A stretch of DNA of 47,790 bases, from positions 1 to 47,790 of IMG/VR virus record IMGVR_UViG_3300005512_000058. One strand, given 5' to 3'. Positions 35,519-44,611 of this stretch are shown here, piece by piece. The notes beneath the pieces are model-generated. The model saw nothing but the letters and a program-made list of their open reading frames with translations, was not told the DNA's origin and searched no databases. Every line of letters starts with the position of its first letter. Positions within the stretch are counted from its first letter, which is position 1. The position numbers were made by a program, and so were the translations under genes. The DNA comes from a virus (Duplodnaviria; Caudoviricetes).

Positions 35519-36065
35519 CGGTCACCTCCAGGTGCTCGCCGCCACCGAAAGCGTCGATGGCCGCCTCGTATGCCGCCGCCCATATCCCGTCTTTGTAGGT
35601 GCCTCTGCTCTCGGTCTCGTCGACCTCTTCCCGCAGCCAAGCCACCACATCCGCTCGCTCCCGATGCCTCCCGAGCCTCACCCCCGCCTCGACGGCATCG
35701 AGGATGCGCTCCACCTCGCGCTCCGTCTCCCACAGCCGCAGCAGCAGCGCCGTGTCTCGGTCAGGGTCCGCCCACGGGTCCACGGGCGGAAGGTCGTACA
35801 CCCACGCGGCACCCGTGACCTCGCCCTGGTAGTCGGTGCCGTGGGTGTAGGGGCCGGGGTGGGTGTCGCACCACCGGAGCACCCGACACCAGAGCGCCCA
35901 CACCGAGCGGGCCTCCTCCTCGTCGCCCTCCCAGGCGAGGACCTGACGCACGGCCTCCTCGTGCAGGTCGTGCTGGGTGAGGCTGCCGGGCAGGTCCCAG
36001 CCGAGGGCGTGGGGGATGGCCAGGGCGTGACCTGTGTAGATGACGAGGTAGTGGGTGGTGCTCAC
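35508..36065 (-). CDS. Hypothetical protein
   Basis: GGAGG RBS and GTGA coupling. Confidence 0.6.
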   Translation of the reverse strand: MSTTHYLVIYTGHALAIPHALGWDLPGSLTQHDLHEEAVRQVLAWEGDEEEARSVWALWCRVLRWCDTHPGPYTHGTDYQGEVTGAAWVYDLPPVDPWADPDRDTALLLRLWETEREVERILDAVEAGVRLGRHRERADVVAWLREEVDETESRGTYKDGIWAAAYEAAIDAFGGGEHLEVTDAE

Positions 36066-36406
36066 GCGGTCCTCCTCTGGACTCGGTCAGGCAGCCGCCC
36101 CCAGATGGACCAGACCACCAGGTCGGCCAGCTGCTCCTCGGTGAGCGGCAGGACGGTAACGATGACCGAGCCCCGGCACAGGAGCATGGCGGGCGGGCTG
36201 GACGGGGCGATGTAGTAGATGGTGCGGCCGGAGTCCCTGTGGAGGGTGAGCCGCGGGATGAGTTGGTGGGCGATGCGCCGGTCCAGCTTCCAGGCGTGGC
36301 GCTGGGCCGCGGCGAGCTCGGCGCCGGCTCGGGCGCTGTCTCGGTTGTGGCCCACGCGCTCCCTCCAGCGGGCGATGGCGTGGGTGGTGAGGCGGAGGTG
36401 GGTCAT
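36062..36406 (-). CDS. Hypothetical protein with HAxxRxxER motif
   Basis: LRLTTHAIARWRERV...IVTVL, reminiscent of DUF4258/RelE-like small proteins. Confidence 0.55.
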   Translation of the reverse strand: MTHLRLTTHAIARWRERVGHNRDSARAGAELAAAQRHAWKLDRRIAHQLIPRLTLHRDSGRTIYYIAPSSPPAMLLCRGSVIVTVLPLTEEQLADLVVWSIWGRLPDRVQRRTA

Positions 36407-36843
36407 GGTGACACCGGCCTGGGCAGATCGCCGCTCGCGGCCCCTGGCCGTCCAGCCTCTCGGTCGAGCGCGCGCGTGAGGCGGCCCCTCGCAGTCCTCG
36501 CGAGCGCTCCCCACCTCAGCATCTCCTCGTGATGGTGCTGGCACCTCTGGCACGGCTCACACCACTCATCCCGGTCGCCCCCATAGGGCCCCCACTCATC
36601 GACAGGACCGAAGCAGTCCTCGCCCACAGACAGGCGGACCGGCCTCCAGCAGGGCGGGCCAGGGTCGGGCGTGGTGTAGCCGTGGCCAACGTTCGGGTCG
36701 AAGATGGCGCTCATTGCGTCAGCCTCGGCCTCGGCCTCCCGCTCGCAGATGGTGGCGGAGCGCATGGCGGCGTGGTGTCTGTACCACCAGGCGCAGCGAG
36801 CGGCCTTGCGGGCCAGGGCGGCAATGGTTGTGTCGTCGGTCAT
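36403..36843 (-). CDS. Hypothetical Cys-containing protein
   Basis: ATGA coupling; CW...WCEPCQRC. Confidence 0.6.
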   Translation of the reverse strand: MTDDTTIAALARKAARCAWWYRHHAAMRSATICEREAEAEADAMSAIFDPNVGHGYTTPDPGPPCWRPVRLSVGEDCFGPVDEWGPYGGDRDEWCEPCQRCQHHHEEMLRWGALARTARGRLTRALDREAGRPGAASGDLPRPVSP

Positions 36844-37256
36844 GCCGGCTCACCCTGCTCCACCTCCCAGAGGTACTGCTCCGGGTCGTGGCAGCCATCG
36901 GCCTCGCCCACAGCGGGCCAGTCTCCGGTGCGCTTGTCTTCGATGGCTGCGCAGTAGCCCGACCTCCAGGCGAGGCGGATGGCCTTGGCTGCGGCATCCC
37001 GGTACTGCTTGGCCGACGGGAAGCCGGCGACCATGCCGATGGAGACCTCCGTCTCCTCGCGGACCTCGTCGAGGACCTTGTCCAAGCCGAGCGGCGTTGT
37101 GTCAACGCGCACGAGCTGGGCGCCTAGCTTCGGGCCCGGCATGGTCCTGTGGCGGTGCAAGAAGCCGCGGGCCCACTCCTGGCCCAGGTGCTCTATGCGG
37201 GCGCGGACAATGCCGTCCTTGACCCAGCGGATCTCGTAGGTGTAACGGCGGGCCAT
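36840..37256 (-). CDS. Hypothetical protein
   Basis: GGAGG RBS and TGATG coupling. Confidence 0.6.
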   Translation of the reverse strand: MARRYTYEIRWVKDGIVRARIEHLGQEWARGFLHRHRTMPGPKLGAQLVRVDTTPLGLDKVLDEVREETEVSIGMVAGFPSAKQYRDAAAKAIRLAWRSGYCAAIEDKRTGDWPAVGEADGCHDPEQYLWEVEQGEPA

Positions 37257-37552
37257 CAGGACACCTCCCTCGGCCACGAGATGCACTCCCGCAGGTCGGC
37301 GTGGTCGCCGTCGTGGCCCGCGCGGCGGGAGCAGTAGAGCGGTGTGGGTGTGGGCCACAGGTGGCCCCGGCGCTGTGCCTCCAGCTCGTCGTGGCGCGTG
37401 ACGCAGCGAGCGCGGGCGCCGCAGAGCCGAGGGAGGGCGGTGGGCGCGTCAGGCCCAGGTCGAGCCTCCCCACCGCCCCTGGTCGCTCGGGTGTCCTCTG
37501 AGGTGCCGGGGGCCGCCCGGCGCGGTCCCATCAGGGCGTGAGTGGAGGTCAT
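37256..37552 (-). CDS. Hypothetical protein with C..C..GHDGDH motif
   Basis: Coupled at both ends. Confidence 0.5.
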   Translation of the reverse strand: MTSTHALMGPRRAAPGTSEDTRATRGGGEARPGPDAPTALPRLCGARARCVTRHDELEAQRRGHLWPTPTPLYCSRRAGHDGDHADLRECISWPREVS

Positions 37553-38160
37553 GGGGCCACCAGCTTGAGCCCGGTACGGTCACGGCCCAGACGCTTCCAG
37601 AGGCCCACGAGCTCGTAGAGGAACTCTGTCCTGGCGCGCCTTGGGTGCCACCCGAGTCCAGTGGCGGCCTTGTCTGCGCCAGAGATGAGAGCCAGCCCCT
37701 CCACGTCGAAGGCCCACGGCTGCGGCGGAGGCCACTGCATGAGCTGTACCACCTCGGTGGCGAGCATGACGTTGTCGGCTCGCTTGACCGCGCCGTGGTG
37801 CTCGTTCCACTCCTGGGGAGTGATGCCGAAGTGGTAGAGCACGACATCCTGGATGCGCGCCTCGACTGCTCGATAGGGCGCCATGGTCGGCGAGTGCTTC
37901 AGCGGCCGCGCCACGTCGGCGATGTACGCCTCGGAGGCGTCGTGGAGCAGACCGCACAGCCCGGCCATAGGGCCGCCCATCTCCTCGACGAGCCAGGACA
38001 CGCGGACGCTGTGCTCGGCCACGGAGTAGAAGCGTCTAGTGTGACCGGTGAACCGACAGACCATCGAGAGCGCGTGCGCGATGTCAAGCGGATCGATGTC
38101 GTCAGGGTCTGGATTGAGCGGCTCAAAAGCCCGGCCTGTGTAGGTCTGGATCCAGGTCAT
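37549..38160 (-). CDS. HD-domain phosphohydrolase (YfbR-like deoxynucleotidase)
   Basis: DIAHALS..CRFTGH, YSVAEHS, LLHDASEAYIADV and VKRAD motifs. Confidence 0.9.
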   Translation of the reverse strand: MTWIQTYTGRAFEPLNPDPDDIDPLDIAHALSMVCRFTGHTRRFYSVAEHSVRVSWLVEEMGGPMAGLCGLLHDASEAYIADVARPLKHSPTMAPYRAVEARIQDVVLYHFGITPQEWNEHHGAVKRADNVMLATEVVQLMQWPPPQPWAFDVEGLALISGADKAATGLGWHPRRARTEFLYELVGLWKRLGRDRTGLKLVAP

Positions 38161-38354
38161 GGGGTCACCTCGTCGGGTTCCTCGTAGGAGATCGTGATCA
38201 CGTCGGACTCGGGCCAGTCCTCCCGGAGCCGCTCCATGTCCTCGTAGACGAAGAGCACACCGAGCACGCCAGGGGAGAGGCCGACCCTCTGTCCAGGGTG
38301 GGTGGTCTGGAGGGACCGCACGAGGCTGAGCGGGACGTAGGCGGCGCGCGTCAT
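38157..38354 (-). CDS. Hypothetical protein
   Basis: ATGA coupling at both ends. Confidence 0.55.
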   Translation of the reverse strand: MTRAAYVPLSLVRSLQTTHPGQRVGLSPGVLGVLFVYEDMERLREDWPESDVITISYEEPDEVTP

Positions 38355-39844
38355 GCCGCCTCCCCGACCACCGCAGACCCGGCGAGCACCAGGAGCTGGA
38401 GCACGGCGCGGCGGTTGCCGTCGAGGGCGGACTCGGTCAGGTCCCAGAGGTCGAGCTGGGCGGGCGAGGTGGGCACTCGCTCAGCGTCCCTGCGGATGGT
38501 CCTGGCTCGCTCCGTCCAAGCTGTCCACGCCTTCTCGCCGAGGCGCGTCTGCATCTCGGCGATCTCGATGTAGCAGGGCACGGAGGCCATCTGGTGGAGG
38601 GCTCCGAGGTCCTGCTCCAGGGCGTCGACCTTGTCGGCCAGGCCCCGAACGTCGGCGGACGCCTCCTGCAGGCCGCTGATGACCCTCGAGAGCCTCGGGG
38701 CTGCGCTGATGGCCTGGTCGTTGGCCTCCACCGCCACCCCGAGCTGGTGGCAGAGGCGTCCGAGGATGCCCAGGGCGGCGTCGCGCTGCTCCACCACGCC
38801 CTGGGCCAGGGCAGCGAGGTGCTCGCGGTCGATGGTGGCCTCGGGGTCGCCGGTGAGGATGCTCCCCAACTCCACGCCGACGGCATTCCACTTGCTGGCC
38901 TCCTCGTCCAGCTCGGACCAGTTCCGCTTGCGCTCCTCCAGATCCCGGCGAGCCTCGGCGAGTCGGCTCCGGATGGTCTCGACCTCGGCCCGCGCCTTGG
39001 CCTTGGAGACCACCTCGAGGTCCTTGCGCAGGTCGTCCCGCTCCGTGCGGAGCTCCGCGAGCTGCTCCACCAGCGCGCGGTTGGCCTTGGCCAGGAGGGC
39101 AGGGTCAGCTGGCGGGGGCTCGGGGGTCTCCTCGGTCACCGTCCAGCGGTGGGTGCGGTGCCCGTCCTCGGTCGCGGTGGGTGTGGGCACCACGTAGCCG
39201 TGGCGCTCCAGCTTGACCAGTCGGCCTCGGGCGGCCGGGACAGAGATCCCGAGTACTCTGGCGAGCTCAGAGGTGATGAGACCGGGATGGGCAGTCACAG
39301 CCTCCAGCGTCTCGCGCTGGGCGGGGGTCAGGTCGTCGCGGTGCATGGTGTCCTCCGGGTCGGGTGCCTGCTCCTCCGATGGGGCGGGCGGGTCGGTGTC
39401 CAGAGTCCTGGACGGATGTGCGTCTGGGCGTCCAGAACTCTGGACGGGGTAGAGGCGGGCGCCGACCTGTCGGACCGTGTCCGCGGGCAGATGGGCGCGC
39501 AGGGTGTGGAGGTCGATGCCGACCTCCTGGGCCAGACGGGCGGCGATGACGCCGGGTTCATCCCAGACCGCACGGACCAGGCGAGAGATGGCCTCCAGGT
39601 CGATGGGCTCCTCCTCGCTGGCCATGCGCAACTCGAGTTCGCCGACGGTGACCGCCCGGTAGTGCTCACCGCAGACCCGGACGTACTCGCCTCGGCCCAC
39701 ACTCACCGAGTGAATGCCGCGCAGGGGGCAGCCTGGGACTGCGCAGGGGTCGCCCACGGGCGGGTGGGTGCCGACGGAGTAGTCGCGCCGGGAGTCGCCA
39801 CCGAGGCCGGGGTGGGAGACAGCGATGTTGCAGCGCTCGGTCAT
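38351..39844 (-). CDS. Multidomain protein: Cys-rich N-terminus, winged HTH domain(s), coiled coil
   Basis: LTPAQRETLEAVTAHPGLITSELARVLGISVPAARGRLVKLERHGYV; an earlier PGVIAARLAQEVGI motif. Confidence 0.7.
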   Translation of the reverse strand: MTERCNIAVSHPGLGGDSRRDYSVGTHPPVGDPCAVPGCPLRGIHSVSVGRGEYVRVCGEHYRAVTVGELELRMASEEEPIDLEAISRLVRAVWDEPGVIAARLAQEVGIDLHTLRAHLPADTVRQVGARLYPVQSSGRPDAHPSRTLDTDPPAPSEEQAPDPEDTMHRDDLTPAQRETLEAVTAHPGLITSELARVLGISVPAARGRLVKLERHGYVVPTPTATEDGHRTHRWTVTEETPEPPPADPALLAKANRALVEQLAELRTERDDLRKDLEVVSKAKARAEVETIRSRLAEARRDLEERKRNWSELDEEASKWNAVGVELGSILTGDPEATIDREHLAALAQGVVEQRDAALGILGRLCHQLGVAVEANDQAISAAPRLSRVISGLQEASADVRGLADKVDALEQDLGALHQMASVPCYIEIAEMQTRLGEKAWTAWTERARTIRRDAERVPTSPAQLDLWDLTESALDGNRRAVLQLLVLAGSAVVGEAA

Positions 39845-40545
39845 GTCGGCCTCCCCGTGGTCGACGCGACCGAGAAGCGGCAGACCCACACCCAGGGATC
39901 GGCGTCCCACCCGAGCCCCCGCTTGGCATAGAGGGAGTCCCAGAGTACGGCGAACCACTCCCACGCCGCGTCGGAGATGTTGGCGTCGTCCAGTCCGGCG
40001 CGCGCCATGTCCACGCCGAGCCGCTGCCGCTCGTCGAACGGCCAGCCCTCGGCGACGCACCCGAGCCGCGTGATGTCCTGCACCCGCTCCACCCACACGT
40101 CCTCCACGCGGAGCCAGATTCGGGCGAGCCGCTTGGGCATGTGGATGGAGGGGCGGCGCAGACTTGCGCGCCGTGGACTCTCGCTGCTCGGCCACCTCCA
40201 CGACGGGTCACAGACGGGCTCCCCGTCCGCGTCGTAGAGGGGTGAGTGGATGGCCCATCGGAGAGCCTCCCGCACATAGAGCAGGTCCCCGGGCGAACCG
40301 AAGGGGGAGCGCAGGATGTCTCCCCAGTCATGGTGCGGCTTGCCACGCGCCGCTGGGGTCTCCCAGTACCACCGCCACAGCGGCCCAGGCTCTTGCCCCG
40401 CCATCTTGGCGTGGCCTCGGCACCCGGGATGAGCCGTTGCGGGCTCTGGCTGTGGCCTCACGGGCCTCCGGTCCTCGGTCTGTCGACCCTCCAGGATGGC
40501 GCGCACCACGGAGCCGGTGCAGAGCAGGGGCAGTTCGCGGGTCAT
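39841..40545 (-). CDS. ASCH/PUA-like domain phage protein
   Basis: VRAILEGRQTEDRRPV, PGDLLYVRE, PSIHMP..ARIWL, ERVQDI and W..DPWVWV motifs. Confidence 0.8.
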   Translation of the reverse strand: MTRELPLLCTGSVVRAILEGRQTEDRRPVRPQPEPATAHPGCRGHAKMAGQEPGPLWRWYWETPAARGKPHHDWGDILRSPFGSPGDLLYVREALRWAIHSPLYDADGEPVCDPSWRWPSSESPRRASLRRPSIHMPKRLARIWLRVEDVWVERVQDITRLGCVAEGWPFDERQRLGVDMARAGLDDANISDAAWEWFAVLWDSLYAKRGLGWDADPWVWVCRFSVASTTGRPT

Positions 40546-40781
40546 GCCGCCACCTCCATGAGCGCCTCGACATGGGCGATGCCATCCGGGGTGATGTAGA
40601 GCCGCCCCTCGTCGTCCCGGTCGAGCAGGTCGGCGCGGATGAGGCGGCTCACCTCGCTGCTGAGATTCTTGGGCTCGACGCCGATGTCCTCGGCGATGTC
40701 GCGCACGGTCAGCGCCCCGGGCTCGTCGTAGACGCAGCAGAGGGCGTGGAAGGCGCGGGTGTGCTTGGCGGGGGTCGTCAT
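40542..40781 (-). CDS. Winged-HTH (MarR-like) protein
   Basis: LTVRDIAEDIGV..NLSSEVSRLIRADLL...ITPDG. Confidence 0.7.
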   Translation of the reverse strand: MTTPAKHTRAFHALCCVYDEPGALTVRDIAEDIGVEPKNLSSEVSRLIRADLLDRDDEGRLYITPDGIAHVEALMEVAA

Positions 40782-40999
40782 GCGGTCCTCCTCTGGATGA
40801 GCGCCCGTCCTCGGCGCGTGAGGGTGAGGGGCCTCCGGCCCCTGGCGGGCCGTCTGATGAGGCCGAGGTCGGCCAGCCCTGCGACGACGTACCGCACCTG
40901 ACGGGTACTCACCCCGACATCGGCGGCGTACTCCGCGGGCGTGACGGGCTGCTCATCGAGGGCCAGGAGCAGGTCCAGGCGTCGGTGGGTGAGTCTCAT
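40778..40999 (-). CDS. Winged-HTH protein
   Basis: TPAEYAADVGVSTRQV...LADLGLI...LTLTRRGR. Confidence 0.7.
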   Translation of the reverse strand: MRLTHRRLDLLLALDEQPVTPAEYAADVGVSTRQVRYVVAGLADLGLIRRPARGRRPLTLTRRGRALIQRRTA

Positions 41000-41754
41000 G
41001 CCACCACCTCCTCGACCGTCCCATCGGCCCCCACTCGCACCCGGGGCTCGGGCAGGGCCAGCGACGGCGGTGTCACGCCGGCGAGAGCGTGCCAGGGCCA
41101 GTCGCTGCGGACCTGGCCCTTGGTGAGGAGCCACCGCCCAAGGTCCGCCTCCTGACGGAGAGCCAGATCCTCCTGCCAGCGGGCCAGGCTCTCGATGTCG
41201 CTCCAGTGCCCTGCGGGCAGCACCCAGCACCGCCGCAGCAGCCTGGGCAGCAGTAGCGCGGTCACCATGGCGTCGGCCGCCGCACCGTGGGCGGGGTAGG
41301 CGATCCTGTGCCTGGCCGCCGCGGCGGCCAGCGAGTGCCCGCCCTTCGAGTACCGGTCCACCTCCCGCGACCAGACCATCGAGTCCAGCCAGGGCCAGGC
41401 CAGCGGGCCAGAGGGCTCCATGTCCAGACGCCCGATCTCGGCCGAGAGGTGCCCGAAGTCGAACGGCGCGTTCCAGGCTGCGCACACGCCTCGGATGGCG
41501 GCACACAGGTCGGGCAGGGCCTCGGCGAAGGTGGGCGCGTCGGCCACGTCCTCGTCGGCGATGCCATGCACAGCCGTCGCCCCTGCCGGGATAGGCACGG
41601 GCGGACGGATCCGCGTCGAGTAGGCCACCGACGGCTCGCCCACGCCGAGGGTGAGGTGGACCACGGCCACCTCGACCAAATGCGAGCTCTCCGGATCCAG
41701 CCCTGTCGTCTCGGTGTCGATGACCGAGATCTCCATGCCGCGGAGCCAGCTCAT
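40996..41754 (-). CDS. DEDDh 3'-5' exonuclease (DNA Pol III epsilon-like)
   Basis: VIDTETTGL, VHGI, AWNAPFD and AHGAAADA motifs. Confidence 0.92.
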   Translation of the reverse strand: MSWLRGMEISVIDTETTGLDPESSHLVEVAVVHLTLGVGEPSVAYSTRIRPPVPIPAGATAVHGIADEDVADAPTFAEALPDLCAAIRGVCAAWNAPFDFGHLSAEIGRLDMEPSGPLAWPWLDSMVWSREVDRYSKGGHSLAAAAARHRIAYPAHGAAADAMVTALLLPRLLRRCWVLPAGHWSDIESLARWQEDLALRQEADLGRWLLTKGQVRSDWPWHALAGVTPPSLALPEPRVRVGADGTVEEVVA

Positions 41755-43661
41755 GCCGCCACCGCCTCGGCCTGCTCGGCCTCCACCGTCCGCAGGTAGA
41801 CCGCGGGCGCAGCCTCGGGGAAGTCCCCAGACCAGTCCTGGACCCGGTCGACCCACACAGGCCACCAGCCCCACCGCAGCGCGCGGCGCAGGGCCAGGCG
41901 CAGGTGCAGGTCAGCGACGATCTGCCGTCCGGTCGAGGCGCGGCCCCAGCTGCGACCGTCCACGAGCACGTGGACACCGTCGGAGTCCTCGGGGACCTCG
42001 ATGGTGACCGGCCCGAGGTCGCCCAGGGCGTCCAGGCCGCGGCGCAGGCGCTCGGAGGGAGCACGGCGGAGGGCGTCCACCAGGGCCTCGTAGTGGTCGA
42101 CGTCGGCCTGTGCACTGGCGATGGCAGTCTCCGCCGCGGAGACACGGCCGCGGGCCTCCTGGAGCTGCTGGGCGGCACGCTCGCGGAGGGCGTCCTGGGT
42201 GCGGGCGATGTCCATCCGGGTGCGAGCCACGGTCTGGGCCCCCTCCTCGGGGCGGTCCACCTCGGGCCGCTCGGGCGTGGGCGCGGACTCGGGCCGCTCG
42301 CCGAGGGCCTGCTGGGCGCGGTCCCACGCGCGCTGGTCGGCCTGCTGGTCGGTGAGGGCGTCCATGACCCGCTCCCTCTTGAGGACTCGGTCTCGGGCCT
42401 CCTGGACCCGAGCCTCGGCCTGCTGGTGGGTGTCGCGGGCGTCGATGACCGCTGCCTCTGCCTGCGCCCTGGCTTGGTCCATCTCCTCGCGGCCACGGTC
42501 GCGGGCCTCCTGCCATGCGGTCTCTGCCTGCTCGTGGGCCTGCTCAGCGCGCATGACCTCGGCGAGGAGAGCCTCGGTGTCGATGTAGCCATCAGAGCCA
42601 CAGGTGGGGCAGCGCCCGTCCTTGGCCTGCTCCAGCGCGGCGCGGGCCTCGTCGGCCTTGCGCTCGGCCCTCCCGGCGGCCTGGCATGCCTCGTCCACGT
42701 AGGCGGGCTCCTGTGGGCTCGAGGCTGCCTCGGCGGCACGCAGCGCCACCAGGGCCGCGCTCTCGGCCCGCTGGGCCACCTCGAGCCGGCTCTGGGCGGC
42801 GTGCACGTCGTCCCGAGCGCGCGCCAGGGCTCCCACGTCCACCTCGGGACGCTCCCCGAGCTCGGCGGCGCGGCGGTCCCAGTCGGCGATGTGCGCCTCC
42901 TGCTCCTGGTGGTCCTGGCGCTCGGCCAGGTACTCGTCCCAGGCGGCCACGGCGCGGAGGGTGTCCTGGGCCTCCACCACCTGCTCGGGGGTCACGGTCT
43001 CCACGCCCTCCTGGTGCTCCAGGGAGGCCAGGGTCTCCCGCGCGGACTCCAGGGAGCCGCTGGCGTGGTCCAGGCGTCGGCGGGCCTGCCGGCGGTCATC
43101 CATGGCGGCATTGGTCGTCGTCGGGTCGCCCTCGCGGGACTTCTGCCCGGCCTCGGCCATGAGGCGGGCCACCTCGTCGGCGTCCTCTCCCGGCAGGATG
43201 GCGGCGAGTGCGTTGCGGAGGGGGCGGCCCCCGCCTGCTCCCTCGGCCAGCTCCACCCAGGCCATGGGGACCGCGAGCAGCCGCCCGACGTGGACCTTGC
43301 CCACCTGCCTGCCGAGCCCCTTGATCGCGGCCTGGAAGGCGGCCTCAGAGGTGTACTCGCGCGGGCCGTCGTCGCTCGTGATGGTCCGCGTCTGGCTGCG
43401 CTTGCGGGTCATCGTGCGCCGGATGGTCGAGCGGGCGGTGACCAACTCCACCTCGGCGCGCTTGCTGCCGTCGTGGATGGCGTCGGCCGGGAAGGGCTTG
43501 CCCCGGCTGTCGGTGCCCCAGAGGGCAAAGCACACGGCCTCGAGGAGGGTGCTCTTGCCCGACTGCGAGGGGCCGGCGACGGTGTTGGAGCCCCTCGGGT
43601 CCAGCACCTGCTCGTAGTCGGTGTACGGGCCGAGGCCCTTGATGCGGATGGCTGTGAACAT
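41751..43661 (-). CDS. Rad50/SbcC-like ABC ATPase
   Basis: GPSQSGKSTLLEAVCFALWG (Walker A), long coiled coil, CPTC zinc hook, and degenerate ASTG / VWVD C-terminal motifs. Confidence 0.85.
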   Translation of the reverse strand: MFTAIRIKGLGPYTDYEQVLDPRGSNTVAGPSQSGKSTLLEAVCFALWGTDSRGKPFPADAIHDGSKRAEVELVTARSTIRRTMTRKRSQTRTITSDDGPREYTSEAAFQAAIKGLGRQVGKVHVGRLLAVPMAWVELAEGAGGGRPLRNALAAILPGEDADEVARLMAEAGQKSREGDPTTTNAAMDDRRQARRRLDHASGSLESARETLASLEHQEGVETVTPEQVVEAQDTLRAVAAWDEYLAERQDHQEQEAHIADWDRRAAELGERPEVDVGALARARDDVHAAQSRLEVAQRAESAALVALRAAEAASSPQEPAYVDEACQAAGRAERKADEARAALEQAKDGRCPTCGSDGYIDTEALLAEVMRAEQAHEQAETAWQEARDRGREEMDQARAQAEAAVIDARDTHQQAEARVQEARDRVLKRERVMDALTDQQADQRAWDRAQQALGERPESAPTPERPEVDRPEEGAQTVARTRMDIARTQDALRERAAQQLQEARGRVSAAETAIASAQADVDHYEALVDALRRAPSERLRRGLDALGDLGPVTIEVPEDSDGVHVLVDGRSWGRASTGRQIVADLHLRLALRRALRWGWWPVWVDRVQDWSGDFPEAAPAVYLRTVEAEQAEAVAA

Positions 43662-43684
43662 GGCCTCTCCCAGGCGGGAGCCCC

Positions 43685-44611
43685 CTACATGGGGGGCCCG
43701 TCCTCGTGGTTCTCGGTGACAGTCTCGACGCGCACGGGTTCGCGCGCCTCGTGGCGTCGATTGATCTCGTCGTCGGGGTCATCCTGGGGCTCGGGGAGGG
43801 CCGCGGGCTCGTCGACGATGCCGAGGGCGGCGGCGCCGGTGGTCGGGATCTTCACCGGGGTGGCGGAGGTGTCGATGATGTCCGCCCGGGAGTCCATGGA
43901 CAGGGCGCGGACGGCCTCGGTGTCGTCCACCACAGCCCACCCACGACTCACGGCGTAGTGGAGTGCCGTCTTCATGCTCATCTCGACCGGCCAGACGTGC
44001 CAGGTGGAGCGGTCCTTGGCCCAGCCGCCCTTGCGCTCGGCGTAGCGGTAGCTGTCGGAGCCCTCGCGACGCTGGGCGATGACCTTGAGGGGCACCCAGC
44101 CCGTGAACAGACGCACGCCCTGCTCCTTGACGGACACGACGATGCCGCGCAACTCCTCCCAGGTGGTGGGCGGGTTGTCGATGTCGATGTCGAGTTTGAC
44201 GACCTCGCCCAGCTCCACATCGAGCTCGTCCTCGTGGCCCACCGGGATGGCGACTAGCGTGACGCCGGCGCGGCGGGCCAGGGCCACCAGGCCGCGGTGA
44301 GAGAGCTGGTACTGGAGTTGGGGCTGCTCCCCCATGCGGGGCCGGCGGGGGATGGCATACGCCAGCGCAGCGGGCCCGGTCCCTGGCATGATGCCGGTGA
44401 GTCCGGCGACGGCGATGACCTGGGCCACACTCATCCGCGTGCAGTCGTAGAAGTCCTGGGGATTGCGGGCGGCCATGGCCGAGGCCGACAGGGCGGCCAT
44501 CACGCGACCGGCGGCCTCCTGGGCGCGTTCTTCGCCGACCCACTCAACCAGCATGGTGTGAGCCATGCCGAGTACGTCGGCCTTGAAGTCTTTGGCGGTT
44601 CGCTTGTTCAC
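43685..44611 (-). CDS. recT: RecT-family single-strand annealing protein
   Basis: C..SV, AYAIP, YQLSHRGLVALARRAG and W....EMSMKT motifs; adjacent to the YqaJ gene. Confidence 0.85.
   Translation of the reverse strand: MNKRTAKDFKADVLGMAHTMLVEWVGEERAQEAAGRVMAALSASAMAARNPQDFYDCTRMSVAQVIAVAGLTGIMPGTGPAALAYAIPRRPRMGEQPQLQYQLSHRGLVALARRAGVTLVAIPVGHEDELDVELGEVVKLDIDIDNPPTTWEELRGIVVSVKEQGVRLFTGWVPLKVIAQRREGSDSYRYAERKGGWAKDRSTWHVWPVEMSMKTALHYAVSRGWAVVDDTEAVRALSMDSRADIIDTSATPVKIPTTGAAALGIVDEPAALPEPQDDPDDEINRRHEAREPVRVETVTENHEDGPPM

Noticed and set aside
37549-38160. DatZ of a Z-genome (2-aminoadenine) pathway
   Set aside because: No PurZ-like or MazZ-like gene or dedicated polymerase is evident; stand-alone HD hydrolases are common in phages.
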